The translations under genes were made by a program, and so were the position numbers. Shown here in pieces: positions 61,196-64,000 of a stretch of 64,000 nt of DNA. The notes under the pieces are model-generated. The model ran no database searches. It was not told where the DNA came from and saw nothing but the letters and a program-made list of their open reading frames with translations. The stretch's first letter is position 1, and each line of letters starts with the position of its first letter. Source of the DNA: Zancudomyces culisetae HAW-14-8 (Eukaryota > Fungi > Kickxellomycota); assembly GCA_052426225.1 (NCBI GenBank), contig JBNJNM010000019.1:1-64000 (forward strand), written 5' to 3'.

Positions 61196-62907
61196 TAATT
61201 CTTTTTTGATTGTAAATAAAACAGTTAAAGTGATTTTATTTTTTGATGTAATTATATTTTTCTTTGAACTCTTGAGCTATTCTCGTAAATGATTGTTGGG
61301 ACTTAAACTCAGAATACCCTACAATGTTTAAAGTCTATTAGACAAATGATTAATAACCATTTAATAAGGTTATGAGGCAAGTTTTGTATAATATACTTCT
61401 TAAAGTCAGAACACTGAATAGACAAGTTAGTACTATTTTAATTATTATTTATTTGAATAATAGACGATTTTGTCTGATTTACCGTAGTAGTGATATTCTT
61501 GTGTTATTAATTAACCAAAAATATTCCTTTTTAATCTAGATATTTATTTTTAATAATTCAATACTTTAATTTATATATTTATTAAGTTTTCTATAGTACA
61601 TTTTTTATATCCTAATACAGCAAACAAATTATTTTCATGTATGCTAATTTTAAATGCTAAATAATAGACACTGTGTGAACATGATTCGTTTAAGATCTTA
61701 ATCGAGAATTACATAAATTGTATTATTATACAAACAACTAAAAATCAACAATAACTGTATATACATAATTGACAACTACTATATAATGTATTAATATTCG
61801 AATAATTACAAAAAAGTAATGAAATTAAATACATTACAAAGATATATATTTAATAAATCAATTGTTTAATAAAAAAACAAATAACAAAAATAAAAGTATG
61901 AAATTATGAAGAATTATCAGAATGTAGTAAAACAAGACTACAGCCAAAAAGGAGAAATTTTTGATAATACTTAATTGAGAATAGTTTATAGTTTATATTA
62001 AATTAAAGACTCATAGAAATTATTTTTGCACCATTATAGTTTAATAATAGTAAAATGTAAGATAAATAAATTTAATTGTGAAAGAAATCCAGTTTTAGGA
62101 AATCTAGAAGTTTATTAGTAATAGTGCTACGGCTAGTGATAAATACAAGTTATAAAAAAAATTAAAATAACTATTAATAACTCACAACTAACAAGTCACG
62201 CTTCGTATTAAAATTCGAACCGCGTTAATTCAGACAGTCAAAGATGAGAACCGATACTCAACTGATAGTGATCGTTCAGGATCAACTTCTATAGAAGTAG
62301 ATCGCAACGAATCGCTCACTCATTTACTGATTTCATGGATCATGCTTTTTATCAAATGAATAATTCGACGAAGGATGGGGTTACGCTCAATCCGATCCGA
62401 CTGAGTACATCTTTTTGTAAATTATTTTTTTCTAAGCTAATACACAATTCACAGATTGCTATCACCTAAGATGTATTTCCATTTTGATGGGTCTAGGCCA
62501 GTGCTGACGACGTAGATCTGATATTAACTGTTCTTTTATTCGAATTTTAAAAAAAAGCTTCATCCCCGTTCGATGTGATAGTTTGTACATTTATTAATTG
62601 ATCATTAATATTTTATAGCTTTTTGGAGTTTTTTTTGGGGTTTTTAGGTTTGAATCATTTTCTGGTGACGATAATTTACAACAGTTGTCTAATATTAACG
62701 AATTAATAGCACTATTGTATTTTGGTTCATGGATTCATGATATTCATGTTTATTGAACTTTTAATCGTTTTGAGTGGTTAAATACAAGCAAAAAATAAAA
62801 TTGAATTGAATAATAATTTAGTTCGTCAAATTGGCTTAGTACATATTACTCACTAGAATAATTAACAAATTTTAGGTGATTTATACACACTTATTTCTCT
62901 TCACCAG

Positions 62908-63133
62908 TGTTGTGATATCAGCAAATTTATTATTTGTTTTAACTAACTTTACCATATAGCTATATGATTAACTATCTTAACATTTACGAACTACTAACTG
63001 AACTATCTCCTTGTCCCATCTCTATCTAGTCTGTTATATATATAAAGTTAGCTATTTATGTAACTAATTGTACTCTTGCTCATGCTCCGTGTTTCATGTT
63101 TCTGGGCGTGAATTTGAATGGTTAATCACGACA
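62908..63133. repeat. Possible short solo LTR
   Basis: TGTTGTGAT...ATCACGACA terminal inverted repeat and an internal TATA-like run; no clear TSD. Confidence 0.4.
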
Positions 63134-64000
63134 TTAGTACTGCTGTTTCTTTAATAATTCCTATTCAAAATTTATTTCATTTTTTCATTTTAGCAAGTCA
63201 TAATCCTACCGCCATGTGTTCAATACTGCAATAAAAATCATGAACCAGTGTGTAAGGGTAGTAAAATAATGTTAATTTCAAGAACTAGAATTGTCCAATA
63301 TCTTGTATGGCCGAGAATCGAAATCAATAATAATTAGAATGAACGTAAATTGGATAATTTGTAAGATGACTGAGATAATAATAAAGAGGAGCTGAAAACC
63401 TTTAGAAGTTAGTTAATTCAGATCATAAATTAATTAGCTAATTAGTGAAAAAGATACATTAAGCCACTAAATAAGTCGCAACATAGCATCAATTTCACAT
63501 GGGCTATAGTTTTTAATTTCTAAACATTCATTTCAATTTCAATTTTTTTAGTAAAGCATTTTATTTGGGTAATTTTATTAATTAGTTGTAGAAGATTATG
63601 ACACCAATTTTATGTAAATTTTTTGTTTATTTAGACCTAATAGCAAACATAATTATCTAATATTGTCTTAAAGGGATAATTTATATAGCTGGAAATTTAA
63701 TTTTGTCTTTGTAAGAAATACCGATATACTTTGTACTAGTAACACTCAATAAATAAATGGAAGGGGACTGGGCGAACTGTTTGTGACCATCTTTCACTCA
63801 CATTTTTAGCCACTTAAATATTTTCAGAGTAACTAGTATTACTTAAAAAGATTATAGCCTACAATTTATAAAGGAAAATGATAATGTCACCAAAGATATT
63901 TAGTACAAGTCTTAAACTGTGCCATAGCTAATGATTATTTAAACCTATCCAGCTACGAAATCGGTGAAAGTTGTGAACTACAACTAATTTGAGAGTAATA

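Noticed and set aside
62190-62520. Less AT-rich patch in the distal TE region
   Set aside because: No ORF or recognisable motif; probably a decayed TE remnant.

Overview
AT-rich, intron-containing fungal nuclear DNA. Short GT-AG introns and the LINE and Gypsy families suggest an early-diverging fungus such as a Harpellales-like gut fungus; this is inference and was not verified. Positions ~0.3-50 kb are gene-dense: Rad17/Rad24, a DM9-like protein, an HSL-family esterase, an LMBR1 protein, an MFS transporter, a dead trypsin homologue, Stm1, a PDI, Arp2, a GH47 mannosidase, an LYR protein, MsrA, AP-1 sigma, proteasome alpha4, HSF, Ilv3, two GT31-like paralogues, Mog1 and a TM-RING-H2 ligase. 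This part also holds tRNA-Lys(TTT), an intron-containing tRNA-Tyr(GTA) and a tandem pair of truncated LINEs. Positions ~51-64 kb are a nested transposon cluster: a near-complete chromovirus Gypsy, a second Gypsy fragment, solo LTRs and a Tc1 relic. The most striking unexplained feature is that the two unrelated tRNA genes, 25 kb apart on opposite strands, share a collinear ~240-bp 5' flank at the same distance from the tRNA. Other notable items are a -1 frameshift/pseudoknot signal and a Tf1-like self-priming site in the Gypsy, gene conversion between the glycosyltransferase paralogues, a candidate GC-AG micro-exon, a 5'-to-3' purine-to-pyrimidine codon gradient, and repeated single-base frameshifts that probably reflect assembly errors. 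All coordinates and alignments were read by eye.
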